A stretch of DNA of 64,000 nucleotides from a virus (IMGVR_UViG_3300028582_000237:2641-66640); one strand, 5' to 3'; shown: positions 1 through 9,400, counted from the stretch's first letter. Translations and numbers: made by a program. The notes: a model not told the origin generated them from the letters alone.

Positions 1-1
1 A

Positions 2-511
2 ATTTTTTGTGCTATCACCATAAAAAAGTTTAGTGTCGCATTCTCGCATGATAGCAATTACTTTTGCCCTGGTTATTAAAGCTTCATTTGATGTTATAGA
101 CTCAACCATTGTCGCAGGCATTGCTATTCTTCCAACTGCACCTATATATTTCACATATTCAACGCCCCTGCTGATATCTTCATCGTATTCTTCCGGTAAG
201 CTCCCTAATCCATAAAAAGCAGCTGAACCCAAATCATTTAAAGTTACATATTCCTCAACAGTTGATCTAGCTTTCCCTTTTCGAACCGCCCGGTAAAATG
301 CCGGAGATTCTTCCTTCGCAGTAAGGATCCTCACGATGCTATCAAGGCTTTCCATCCTTGTTGCGTCGAAACCAACCTGATCAGTTGAACCGATTGTATT
401 ATCCAGGCTCAAAGCTTTTGCAAGCCCGATAATCTCGCTTTTGGAAGTAGCACCTCCGTATGCAAAACCATTATCACTTGCGGTTTCTGCAAATAATTCA
501 TATTCGTTCAT
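2..511 (-). CDS. Major capsid protein, N-terminal part (runs off the left edge), Twort/SPO1-like
   Basis: Not in the ORF track; manual translation from ATG at 511 (SD GGGAG upstream) gives MNEYELFAETAS...KALSLDNTIGSTDQVGFDATRMESLDSIVRILTAKEESPAFYRAVRKGKARSTVEEY...KYIGAVGRI...TKLFYGD. This is collinear with the Herelleviridae capsid pattern (KSF.TG...DT......LRRE.LD..I..LT.....FYR......A.STV..Y ... FYGD), and the gene lies directly downstream of the prohead protease. Confidence 0.88.
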   Translation of the reverse strand, partial: MNEYELFAETASDNGFAYGGATSKSEIIGLAKALSLDNTIGSTDQVGFDATRMESLDSIVRILTAKEESPAFYRAVRKGKARSTVEEYVTLNDLGSAAFYGLGSLPEEYDEDISRGVEYVKYIGAVGRIAMPATMVESITSNEALITRAKVIAIMRECDTKLFYGDSTKN

Positions 512-578
512 TTAAGTTCTCCCTGTCACGGCAAGGCCGGACGTTAATTTTTATAGTTAAAACCCTATATCTGTTAAT

Positions 579-1991
579 TTATTTAAATAACTTATTTGTC
601 CCAGCCTTAAACAAGTCCATAGCCTTTGATTTGACCAACTCTGTAACTTCTTCCGGAACCTGGGCATGCTGCCCACCGCCCACATAGTTTATCAGAGTAT
701 TTTCGTCAATTTTCTTTTCTTCCAGGAGCTGCTCAAGAATATATGTTACCTGCGATTTATTAAGTGGCTTTTGATCCTGATTTTCAGCGTTATTATCCTG
801 GAATTGAATTTTTGCTGTATCTGTTATTAAACCATTATTAGCAGGTTTACTTCTTAATTTTTCGCCTAGTGTAAATATTCCTACTTTTACGGCCTCAATA
901 TGACTATTAGCAGTATCAACTGACTTTAACAGATGGGACTGAGAATCAACACCGGCAACCTGGGATGACGCCATAATTTCAATTGATTTTGCAAGCATAT
1001 TTATCTTCTTGTTTATTGCGTCCATACCTTCCAGTACCGCCATTAATACTTCTGATTGCTCTGTCAAGTATTCAGTTGCGTCTGCATCTTCTTTGCCGGT
1101 CGGGATTGATTTTGCTAACCCTTTTTTATGGCCCTTAACATCTAAATCAATCTCAACTTCCTGAACCTTCTGAGCTGTTTCGATGCTTTTATTTAAAGCA
1201 TTTTTTGTAGAATCAAGAGATTTTTCTGCAACAGCAGAACTTTTTTCAAGATCTTCTACCCTATCTTCCTCCCATTTATCGGCTTCCTTTTTGGCATCTT
1301 CAGGAGTAGAACCTTTGGATATAGCAGTTCTATAAACATCAAATTTGGTTTTCATTTTTTTACCTTTTTTATTTTTAGTTACTAAATTTTCTTTTCGCGT
1401 TGCATCAAATCCTGTTTGATCTGTTGAACCGATTGTATTATTCAGTTCCAATGCCTTTTTAAACTCTGTTGATTTCTTTAATTCAGCAAAAGTTCTCATA
1501 TTTCGTGGTTTAGTCGTAAAAACGACATTGACTACTCTTGCTGCAACATCTCCATTTTTACTTTTTGAAAGATATTCCCCTTCAATGGACCATCCTGCTT
1601 TCTGTAGTGGTCCATTTGGATGCGTCCGGTTGAATTCTTCCATATGCTGCAGTAATGAAACAGTGCTTTTAGCATTCCTTTGCTGCTGTGATAATTTTTC
1701 ATCAGGGAGATCCGGGTCAAAGCCAACTAATTCCCCTTCAAAAAAAGTCTTATCGCCACTCTTTTTTAGCTGTGTAGGAAATCCAATAAAACAATGCGGT
1801 TCAGGTATATCCTTGTGCTCATATTTAATTTTGCCAAAACCGGAAGTAAAGATACTCCAGTCCAGGCTTTTCATACATTCACCATCTAAATCTTTTTTAT
1901 CATCAGATATCAGGCCGCCTACCACATATGGTTTATTTTTATTACCTGATTTTGCTAAATATGCAGGTGCATAAAATTCAAAGGTGTTCAA
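579..1991 (-). CDS. Prohead protease fused to a scaffold-like coiled-coil region
   Basis: N-terminal ~170 aa has protease-type motifs (GLIS.D.KDLDGE, KIKYEH, FFEGEL, GWSIEG, V.FT.KP.N..T); the C-terminal half is helical and charged; position immediately upstream of the capsid gene. Start codon TTG. Confidence 0.8.
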   Translation of the reverse strand: MNTFEFYAPAYLAKSGNKNKPYVVGGLISDDKKDLDGECMKSLDWSIFTSGFGKIKYEHKDIPEPHCFIGFPTQLKKSGDKTFFEGELVGFDPDLPDEKLSQQQRNAKSTVSLLQHMEEFNRTHPNGPLQKAGWSIEGEYLSKSKNGDVAARVVNVVFTTKPRNMRTFAELKKSTEFKKALELNNTIGSTDQTGFDATRKENLVTKNKKGKKMKTKFDVYRTAISKGSTPEDAKKEADKWEEDRVEDLEKSSAVAEKSLDSTKNALNKSIETAQKVQEVEIDLDVKGHKKGLAKSIPTGKEDADATEYLTEQSEVLMAVLEGMDAINKKINMLAKSIEIMASSQVAGVDSQSHLLKSVDTANSHIEAVKVGIFTLGEKLRSKPANNGLITDTAKIQFQDNNAENQDQKPLNKSQVTYILEQLLEEKKIDENTLINYVGGGQHAQVPEEVTELVKSKAMDLFKAGTNKLFK

Positions 1992-2030
1992 TTATTTATA
2001 CCGCGTAGTTTCTTGTTAATTACTTCGGCA

Positions 2031-2072
2031 TATTTATTAAATTGTTATATATAAAGAGGTGTGAAATTGTGA
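2031..2072 (-). promoter_or_regulatory. Putative late promoter/activator box, copy 1 (TCACwwTTTCACAC-N15-AATTT-NN-TAAATA)
   Basis: The same composite motif, with identical internal spacing and the same 68-nt offset to the start codon, recurs upstream of the portal gene (21980-22021). Confidence 0.65.
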
Positions 2073-2078
2073 AATTCT

Positions 2079-2384
2079 TTAGTGCTTGAAAATTTTCTTT
2101 TTTTTACTGTAGTAGGCTTTTTGGTATCGATATATTGTATATGTGGCAACTCCCTCTTTAGCGGCAATTTCTTTTACAGATAAATTGTTAAATACTCCGG
2201 CTTTCATTTCCCTAAAAAATAATGTACGGAAAATATGCCTGGCCGGAAAATTTTTCATTTGAAGTTGAGTATCCAACTTCCTATGCAGCTTATATATATC
2301 TTTGAGTGCTTCGATTCCATGTTTGTCAATATACTCATCGATTAACACGTCAAAGAGTTGTTGTTCTTCTTTACTTATTTCCAT
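2079..2384 (-). CDS. Small HTH protein, possible Mor/late-activator-like regulator
   Basis: C-terminal HTH LSVKEIAAKEGVATYTIYRY; ends 7 nt before the putative late promoter box. Confidence 0.55.
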   Translation of the reverse strand: MEISKEEQQLFDVLIDEYIDKHGIEALKDIYKLHRKLDTQLQMKNFPARHIFRTLFFREMKAGVFNNLSVKEIAAKEGVATYTIYRYQKAYYSKKKKIFKH

Positions 2385-2479
2385 ATACGAGATTATTTGT
2401 TATGTCTCGTATTGCAAAAGCTCTTTAATTATCAAAAATTTCTATTTTACTAGAACTTATAGAATCTATTTGGATATTA

Positions 2480-2695
2480 TTATTTAACTTCCTTTTTATA
2501 TAGGCTTTCGTTAAATACTTTTTCATAGCATATTTCAAAGTCGTAATGCCAGGATTCAATAATATTACAAACAAGTCTATATATAATGCCCGTCGGAAGA
2601 ACCTGTATTGCAGTAATGAGTCTTGCACATTGCTCAGGGTCAGTTTTTAAATAAACAATATCAGCCAAATTATATTTATTATGTATAATTATCAT
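2480..2695 (-). CDS. Hypothetical phage protein
   Basis: 71-aa ORF overlapping the stop of the upstream gene (ATGA-type coupling); KYNLADIVYLKTDPEQ pattern typical of small phage proteins. Confidence 0.55.
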   Translation of the reverse strand: MIIIHNKYNLADIVYLKTDPEQCARLITAIQVLPTGIIYRLVCNIIESWHYDFEICYEKVFNESLYKKEVK

Positions 2696-5433
2696 TTCTT
2701 TGCCTGTAATTCATTAAACCCAACTTTCTCAATTGCGTTAAATAACTTATCAAAAGCCTGGTTAATCCTGGTTCTTTCAACTCCTTCCGGATATGGAGCT
2801 TTATCGAATCCTTCATAAAATTTATTGTGAGTGCTGTGAACAAGATATTCACTCAAGTTATTTTGTTCATGGATTTTATCTTCAATATATGCTTCAAAAG
2901 CCCTTGCGGCCATTTCATGCTCTGTACTCCAATAATCAGATACTCTCATTTTATCAATATCTTTCGAATCGTAGTAGAATTGGGTAGGAGTAGTCCTTAG
3001 TTCTTTATTATTACTCTGGTATTTCTTTAGTTGCTCAGTAGAATCCTCATATGATTTCACGTAATGATCAATATTTCTAATGATACCATAATCCTTCTTA
3101 TACTGACTTCTGCCGGTAACTTCAATTGCTAAATCATTCATTTCTTTAAATACTTCTCTCGTAGGAATTCTATTCCAATAATGTTCTTTGGTTTCAATGG
3201 TGGCTTCATCACCAAAAAGGTTATTTTTAATTCTTTCAACTAAAGCGTCATACCTTTTTAATTGTTCTGTCGTAGCAGCGTTCTTTCTCCTACCATAGAG
3301 TCTTGGTTCCTCCAGATATTTCCTTAATATTTCTATTTCTTTATCCAACTTATCTTTATAATACTCTACTTGTTCTTCGTATCTTTTTATACTTACTTCT
3401 ATGATTTTAGGTTGTTTAAAAAGGGTTTCTATCATATTTCGAAAGGCGGTTTGAACATCATTATTTAATTTAGAATAGACGCTATAACCATTACTTAAGA
3501 AATCATTTCTATGTTTGGTGTTTTTAGCCGTTTCCCCCTCGCTTATTTCGAGAGTTTTACCTCTGTCAATCATACCCAAATAATGATCAAGAGCATGAAA
3601 CCATTCATGAGCTACACTTCCAGCACCTTTGATTCTTGTTAAATTAAAAACAGCCCTTGTTGGTTCATAATGCGCTGCAGCTTTACTTAACCCTTGTCCT
3701 CTCGACCCAAATGCGATTGATAATTTACCGTCAAGTGATAATGCTTTTGGTTCAAGATTTAAGATTTCGGACATATCCATTAATCCATCATAGGCAAAGT
3801 CAAGTAATCTTTGACGCTCATCCTGTGGAATCCAGTTCCCAAATTCCCCACCTCTGAATCCAAATGTTTCTTTAAATTGTGAAGTTGTTACTTTTCCTTG
3901 CCGGTGTTCTTTACCCTTTCTTTGTAAATCTTCAATATGTGGTCTTATTGGAAATTGTGGTTTATAATTGATAAAATCATCGATGTGTTCTACTAAATAT
4001 TTCAAGCCTTCTTCTTCAGTTTGGAATCCTTTTTTTATTATTTCCCTCTTCCTTATTGATATTCTCCTGTATATCTCATAATCATTTTGGAATTTATCAA
4101 CTCTAAACTTTTGTGCAACATATATAATCTTTATAGCCATTAATGCTTCTTCTTTTGTTTCATATCTATTTCTGTCATGCCAGCCAATACGGCCTTTTTC
4201 ATTTGCATAAAATGGTTGATATTTCCCATCAGAAGTTTTTCCTAACTGGAATCCTTTCATCCATGCTGGTTGTTTTTCTTTTACCGCACCTCTTTTATTT
4301 GAACCTTGCATCAAAGCCAGATCTTTTCTTGCTCCGCCTATTTTCTCCCCGAAATCAGTAATTTTATTTACTTCTGTTAACACTTTTTCAGCATCAGAAA
4401 TATCTTCCTGATTGAGACTAAAAGTCTGCCCTGGTTGATCTTCAACGTCTTCTTCCGTTTCTTTTTCTTTTGATTTTTCCTTTTCATTCTCAGTAGGTTT
4501 TATATCAGTATTTTCTGGAGTGGTTTTGTCTTCAGGTTTTTCTGTTGACACTTCATTCTGCTCGCTTTTCACTTCTTCCCACTGATACTTATAATTTAGT
4601 TTATATTTCTTTCCGTCTTCTTCTAATATCATTCCCGGTTTATATTGCAATTTATTATCAGGATTCATATCCGGATTCGTTTTTGGGGAAACCTCTGGTT
4701 TAGCAGCATTTGCAGATACCTTCTCTGGTTTCATATCCTGTTTTTTTTCCTGCTCTTTGGTTTGCCACCTCCTTACATGAGGGTTCTTATTGGATGGTAA
4801 TAATGTTTTCCCTTCTTTTTCTTCACCAGTAAACAATTCCATCTGTTTGCTTCCAAATAGCTTTAATTGCTTTCCAAAGGCTTTAAACAAAAAGCTTTTT
4901 ATTATGCCGGGCTTTTTAACGGTCGCAAATACTTTTTTCTTAAATTCTTCAAAGTCCATAGTTGTTATATCACCCAGAAACTCCTGAGAATCGTAATGGG
5001 CAAGGTATGCATCCCGGGCAGACTCATAATTTGGGAAGAAAAGCATTACCTTATCTTCATCATATTTACCAGTATCCGGATTATTCTGGTGGATAATAAA
5101 TACCAGGTCACTTTCCTTTTCCGGCCCAACAAAGCAGTCAACTTTATCTCCGTCTACCCCGAGAGTTTTTTGTATATAACCGTATGGGTAAAACATTTTC
5201 ACACGCCATTCCTCTCCATCATCATCAACGCCCTTGCGGAAACTTCCCTTTTTATTCTCAATTGCTATGTCAAGCCCTCGTATCCTCATTCTGTCCTGTA
5301 ACTTAAATGTCTTGTCTTCTTTTATTTTATCATCTAAGTTTTCAACCGGCTTTTCTTTCGCTGCTTCTAATAATTCTTTTTCTGTAAAAAGCCTTCCCGG
5401 ACCTGATTTTTTTGATTTAAATAAAATCTTCAT
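2692..5433 (-). CDS. Large polyvalent protein: inorganic-pyrophosphatase-like domain plus LPD5/LPD1-type zincin metallopeptidase region
   Basis: N-terminal IAIEN.KG..R.G....W...M..PYGYIQKTLGVDGDKVDCFVGP (InPase-like DGDxxD); FGEKIGGARKD; FRGGEFGNW...IAFGSRG...AHYEP...GAGSVAHEWFH (HExxH at 3595-3612); YWS..HEMAARAFEAY. Confidence 0.8.
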   Translation of the reverse strand: MKILFKSKKSGPGRLFTEKELLEAAKEKPVENLDDKIKEDKTFKLQDRMRIRGLDIAIENKKGSFRKGVDDDGEEWRVKMFYPYGYIQKTLGVDGDKVDCFVGPEKESDLVFIIHQNNPDTGKYDEDKVMLFFPNYESARDAYLAHYDSQEFLGDITTMDFEEFKKKVFATVKKPGIIKSFLFKAFGKQLKLFGSKQMELFTGEEKEGKTLLPSNKNPHVRRWQTKEQEKKQDMKPEKVSANAAKPEVSPKTNPDMNPDNKLQYKPGMILEEDGKKYKLNYKYQWEEVKSEQNEVSTEKPEDKTTPENTDIKPTENEKEKSKEKETEEDVEDQPGQTFSLNQEDISDAEKVLTEVNKITDFGEKIGGARKDLALMQGSNKRGAVKEKQPAWMKGFQLGKTSDGKYQPFYANEKGRIGWHDRNRYETKEEALMAIKIIYVAQKFRVDKFQNDYEIYRRISIRKREIIKKGFQTEEEGLKYLVEHIDDFINYKPQFPIRPHIEDLQRKGKEHRQGKVTTSQFKETFGFRGGEFGNWIPQDERQRLLDFAYDGLMDMSEILNLEPKALSLDGKLSIAFGSRGQGLSKAAAHYEPTRAVFNLTRIKGAGSVAHEWFHALDHYLGMIDRGKTLEISEGETAKNTKHRNDFLSNGYSVYSKLNNDVQTAFRNMIETLFKQPKIIEVSIKRYEEQVEYYKDKLDKEIEILRKYLEEPRLYGRRKNAATTEQLKRYDALVERIKNNLFGDEATIETKEHYWNRIPTREVFKEMNDLAIEVTGRSQYKKDYGIIRNIDHYVKSYEDSTEQLKKYQSNNKELRTTPTQFYYDSKDIDKMRVSDYWSTEHEMAARAFEAYIEDKIHEQNNLSEYLVHSTHNKFYEGFDKAPYPEGVERTRINQAFDKLFNAIEKVGFNELQAKK

Positions 5434-5434
5434 C

Positions 5435-5992
5435 TTATTGTTCCATGTTTAAGAATGTAATAATATTTTCGGCTATTTCTTCTGTTAATCCATCTATCCC
5501 ATCTGTCAGGAATAAATGATCTGATAAATGAACCATGTCAGGATCATCATCTATAATCACAAACCTCCCGACTGGCGTAATTAACCAATTCTTAGCATAT
5601 GACTGGCTGGCTGCTTTATTTCTTTTTTGAATCCATTCATCAATTTCAAATCCCCTGGGCCTGCTGTGGTTTTCTGCGTCAACTAATTTGGGTGTAACTC
5701 CTATTACTATTAATTCTGGATATCCCAGGGCTGTAAAAAACATTTCCCATATCATACAGGAAGAGCATCCAATTCTCCATGTTGAAGAGATTACTATTTT
5801 GGCGCCAGTCTTTTTAACAATATTACTCAATGGTTCTAAATGTATTTTATGAGGCATCATCGCGCATAATTCATTATTTTTATGTAACAAAGCACTTTTC
5901 TCTGAGTTTAAAACTCCATCGATGTCTAGGAATATTATTTTATCTGGTTTTAACATTTTTCGTATATAATTATTTCTGTTTCCCAGTGACAT
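5435..5992 (-). CDS. HAD-superfamily phosphatase (Swiss-Army-knife RNA-repair-like HAD)
   Basis: IIFLDIDGVLNS motif I, AKIVISSTWR, RG.EI.EW, FVIIDDD motif IV. Confidence 0.85.
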   Translation of the reverse strand: MSLGNRNNYIRKMLKPDKIIFLDIDGVLNSEKSALLHKNNELCAMMPHKIHLEPLSNIVKKTGAKIVISSTWRIGCSSCMIWEMFFTALGYPELIVIGVTPKLVDAENHSRPRGFEIDEWIQKRNKAASQSYAKNWLITPVGRFVIIDDDPDMVHLSDHLFLTDGIDGLTEEIAENIITFLNMEQ

Positions 5993-6260
5993 ATAATTCA
6001 GCTAATTTCTTGGAATGAAGAAATGCTCTTTCTACCATATTTTCACGAATAGTTTCTTTATAAATGAATACTCCAAAGTGATCCAGTGTCTTATATGACG
6101 AATTCCTGATATCGCCCTGTTTGATCTTTTTCATCATTTCAGTTAATATCCTAGCTGTATTCGAATTATAATCCGAATTGAGATGCAAACATCTTTTTTT
6201 GTTAAGCAGTAATAAATAATACATCTGCCGGCTATTTAATTTTTTGATGTTTCTTCTCAT
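5970..6260 (-). CDS. Hypothetical protein
   Basis: 96-aa ORF overlapping both neighbours, co-oriented in the operon. Confidence 0.5.
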   Translation of the reverse strand: MRRNIKKLNSRQMYYLLLLNKKRCLHLNSDYNSNTARILTEMMKKIKQGDIRNSSYKTLDHFGVFIYKETIRENMVERAFLHSKKLAELYVTGKQK

Positions 6261-7795
6261 ATAAGCCCCCGGCTATTTTTCTTTGTTTCCCACTCTTTTT
6301 TCTCGCTCTCCCGCAGCCAATTTTTGCCACTGCAGGCCCAATAATTAAACTCCTTCCAAAGCCAAGCATCCTTAAATTCCAAATGGAGTGTACCTTTTTT
6401 ATAGCAACGGATATAGAAAAACTCGGTTTCGTTCTTTGAACTGTCACCTACAGGAGTCTGTTGGATGCCCTGCTTTAATGATATTCTTTTATATTTTTTG
6501 TCGCGGTCCCTGGTGTTATAATCACATTGTTCTATAAGTTCATCAAACTCTTCATATTTTATTCCTGATATATAAGCCATTACTTTATCTATATCAGAAT
6601 ATGCATTCCAGTGGTTGCTTTCAGTTGTATAATAATCTCCGTTTCCCCATCCTGTAGAAACAAAGTATGGAAGAATAATCTTTTTATTTACTTTCCATTT
6701 ATCATTTGTTTTCCACCCTTCAACATGACACCGGTTTTCTTTATGGTATTTTGTAAATATGTCAAACACTTCTCCAATGGCCAGTTCCATTATTGATGTT
6801 TTATTTAAAAGAAGTGTGTTTATAAGATTGGCAACATTTTCTTTAGTAAAATCCATTGCCCCCTGCTGCTCAATAAACTTTGAAAAGTTTTTCCTGACAT
6901 TATTTGTCATATACCTTTCCATCCCCATTCTGTTAAGCACCTGTCTCCATATCTCAAGCTTGCTCATGTCGCAAAAGAAATTGTACTTCTGTTTATTGTC
7001 TTTTCCCTCGTTATCCAAAGCTTTTTCAAAATTAAAACTGCTTCCAAATAGCCCATGTTTATAAAAATCCATGCCTTCTTTGATCTTCAGATACTCGATG
7101 TACATTGCCTTTAATTTATCATACTGAACAATCATATTGCCAATAATATCTCTGACTGCTACCGGATTATTTATTGTATTTTCATTAAGTGAGTTTATAT
7201 CATGCTTTTCTGAAGCTACGTTTTGAAAATTGAATTTTAATCTGGAATTTTTATTTTCTTTATGCAGTCTTACAAGAACAACATTTACATCTGTCGGAAC
7301 GTCAGATCCCCTGAAACAATTTCCCAGGTATTCTACAGATCCATGCTGGCCTATTAAATCATTTAACAAGACTCTTTTATTGCTGAATGGGTTTTTAATT
7401 GTTTCCTCATTTAACAGGCATACTATGTCCCCCTCATCTAATATCTCCCAGGCATGAAGCAAATGTTCATCACCATTTGAAAATGGTGGGTTCATTATAA
7501 TAAGATCAAAATAGTAATCCCCGGAATATTTCAGGAAATCTTCTCCTATCAGCTTGTATCCTTTTTCCTGCAGGATAAATTGAAGTTCTTTATCCTTCTC
7601 TACGCAATAGGCACTGAAATGTTCCTGGTACCACCGGCTGTCTTTAACCATATTATTTTTAATATAATCCAAGATATTCCCGTTACCCGCCGATGGTTCT
7701 AAAATTGACAACTTAATAAAATCATGACCCCTGAAAGGCTGCAGCATTTTACGGATTACTTCTTTAGGTGTTGGATAAAATTGGTTTTCAAACAT
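6257..7795 (-). CDS. DNA adenine methyltransferase with DUF4942-type C-terminal domain
   Basis: QFYPTP, SILEPSAGNGNI (motif I), IIMNPPF (motif IV); C-terminal F..FT.YH.EN...EGWKTN..WKVNKK.ILP...K.YKKGTLH..F pattern. Confidence 0.88.
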   Translation of the reverse strand: MFENQFYPTPKEVIRKMLQPFRGHDFIKLSILEPSAGNGNILDYIKNNMVKDSRWYQEHFSAYCVEKDKELQFILQEKGYKLIGEDFLKYSGDYYFDLIIMNPPFSNGDEHLLHAWEILDEGDIVCLLNEETIKNPFSNKRVLLNDLIGQHGSVEYLGNCFRGSDVPTDVNVVLVRLHKENKNSRLKFNFQNVASEKHDINSLNENTINNPVAVRDIIGNMIVQYDKLKAMYIEYLKIKEGMDFYKHGLFGSSFNFEKALDNEGKDNKQKYNFFCDMSKLEIWRQVLNRMGMERYMTNNVRKNFSKFIEQQGAMDFTKENVANLINTLLLNKTSIMELAIGEVFDIFTKYHKENRCHVEGWKTNDKWKVNKKIILPYFVSTGWGNGDYYTTESNHWNAYSDIDKVMAYISGIKYEEFDELIEQCDYNTRDRDKKYKRISLKQGIQQTPVGDSSKNETEFFYIRCYKKGTLHLEFKDAWLWKEFNYWACSGKNWLRESEKKEWETKKNSRGLI

Positions 7796-7807
7796 TTTGT
7801 ATTGCTC

Positions 7808-9400
7808 TTATTGGTTTACTGCTATATCAAACAAACCCAGCTGTGTTTCAGATGGGACTTCTTTCTGAATTGACTTTTTATAATTTGTAAGCTCGTGGCC
7901 CTCCCAGTATTCAATTCTTGCTTTTGCTATTGGAATCCATTGTTCATCAATTTCGCATGCCGTTATATTTTTATATCCTGCCTTCATAAATCCTATTATC
8001 TCACTTCCGGTTCCAGCAAAAGGTATATATACTTTTTGTTTACATTCATCTGGTAGTTTAAATAGCTGGGCAATTCTATAAATGAGTGATATTGGTTTTA
8101 CTGTAGGATGGTTGTTTTCTCTGGATGTGAAACGGTCTTCATCCTCATAAATGAATTTACAGCCGCATGCGTAGAAGTTGTCTCCACTTTTATTTGCTAC
8201 ATTGTGGATAGGACATTTTTTAACCTGGTCATTAAGTCCTTTACTTACTGTAGCGCAAACATTATTTTTTTCAAAGCCTTCTAAGCCTGCATTTCTTTCA
8301 GCATTACTTACCTTGCTGCAATAGTTTATTATATCATATTCTTCACTTTCATAAGCACATACATGAAGTATACGGCTGGCACCCCCTGTATCTCCATAAT
8401 TACTAGGAGCATTCGGTTTACAGTTTCTAATAAATCCTTCTACTTCATATTGACTCTCGTTATAGGTATATCCACCTGGCTTATTTCCAAAAGACACTAT
8501 TCCTGATTGCTGATCGATTACTTCTGCTGCTTCCGGCGATACAAACATCTGAGTAGGAAATCTTCCTGCTTCATTTATTTCCTGCTCCGGGGCATTTTCT
8601 TTATCTAAAGTTTTATAATCAGCATTGCCTTTTGGTGCAAAATTTCCGCCTGAAAAATTAGTATAGCATCCCCATTCGCTTGATTCTTTATCATCATCAT
8701 TGTTAAATGGGATTCTGCTCCCATCAATGTTTAATATACTGGGAGATATTTCATCATCATCCGGCCATTTCACTAAATCATTTAATATATTTTCATTTTT
8801 ACAAGGCTTCCTGAATACCATTATAGTTTCATTCACCTGTTTTAAGCAGGCATTTCCATATTTGTAACCTTCAAACAATTTTGCAAGTGGATTAGTGGGC
8901 CTTCTTATTTCTGTTTCCCTTATTTCTGTTTCCCGGCCATTATGCATATTGCCGCTTTGCATTCCAACATCGATTTTCTTCATCCCTGCATATTCACCTA
9001 AATCCCCGAGCCTTTTCATTAGCAGTTTACTTGCATTGGTTGCCTTTGGAAAATTGGATAAATAATACCAGTATAAACTCTGTCCTATTTCAAATCCATT
9101 TTTAACAGCATAATACTGGTAAGGGAATAATTGGCGGTCCACCCCAAACAACAAAACAAAGCCCCCATATTTTAAAACCCTGTACGATTCCTTAAAAAAC
9201 TGGTCTATCTCTGGCCCGGTAAAGCCTTTCCATTTATTCATAAAATCTTTTGCTTTACCCTTAACATCAGGTAGTCCATCCGGCCTAATTTCCCAAACTG
9301 TCGATAGGTTGTATGTTGCATCTCCGAAAATTGTATGGAAATTGAAATTGGGGTAAGTCTGTAGATCAACTAATACATTATTAAGCTTCATATTAATCAT
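7808..9400 (-). CDS. Beta-class amino-DNA-methyltransferase-like protein with an atypical catalytic motif (DATY)
   Basis: N-terminal TIFGDATYNL in place of DPPY, W.Y...FPK, E.I...RKP, RFP, HPTVKP.SL, C-terminal VYIPFAGTGSE...ACEID. Start moved to ATG 9400, which overlaps the upstream TGA. Confidence 0.8.
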   Translation of the reverse strand: MINMKLNNVLVDLQTYPNFNFHTIFGDATYNLSTVWEIRPDGLPDVKGKAKDFMNKWKGFTGPEIDQFFKESYRVLKYGGFVLLFGVDRQLFPYQYYAVKNGFEIGQSLYWYYLSNFPKATNASKLLMKRLGDLGEYAGMKKIDVGMQSGNMHNGRETEIRETEIRRPTNPLAKLFEGYKYGNACLKQVNETIMVFRKPCKNENILNDLVKWPDDDEISPSILNIDGSRIPFNNDDDKESSEWGCYTNFSGGNFAPKGNADYKTLDKENAPEQEINEAGRFPTQMFVSPEAAEVIDQQSGIVSFGNKPGGYTYNESQYEVEGFIRNCKPNAPSNYGDTGGASRILHVCAYESEEYDIINYCSKVSNAERNAGLEGFEKNNVCATVSKGLNDQVKKCPIHNVANKSGDNFYACGCKFIYEDEDRFTSRENNHPTVKPISLIYRIAQLFKLPDECKQKVYIPFAGTGSEIIGFMKAGYKNITACEIDEQWIPIAKARIEYWEGHELTNYKKSIQKEVPSETQLGLFDIAVNQ

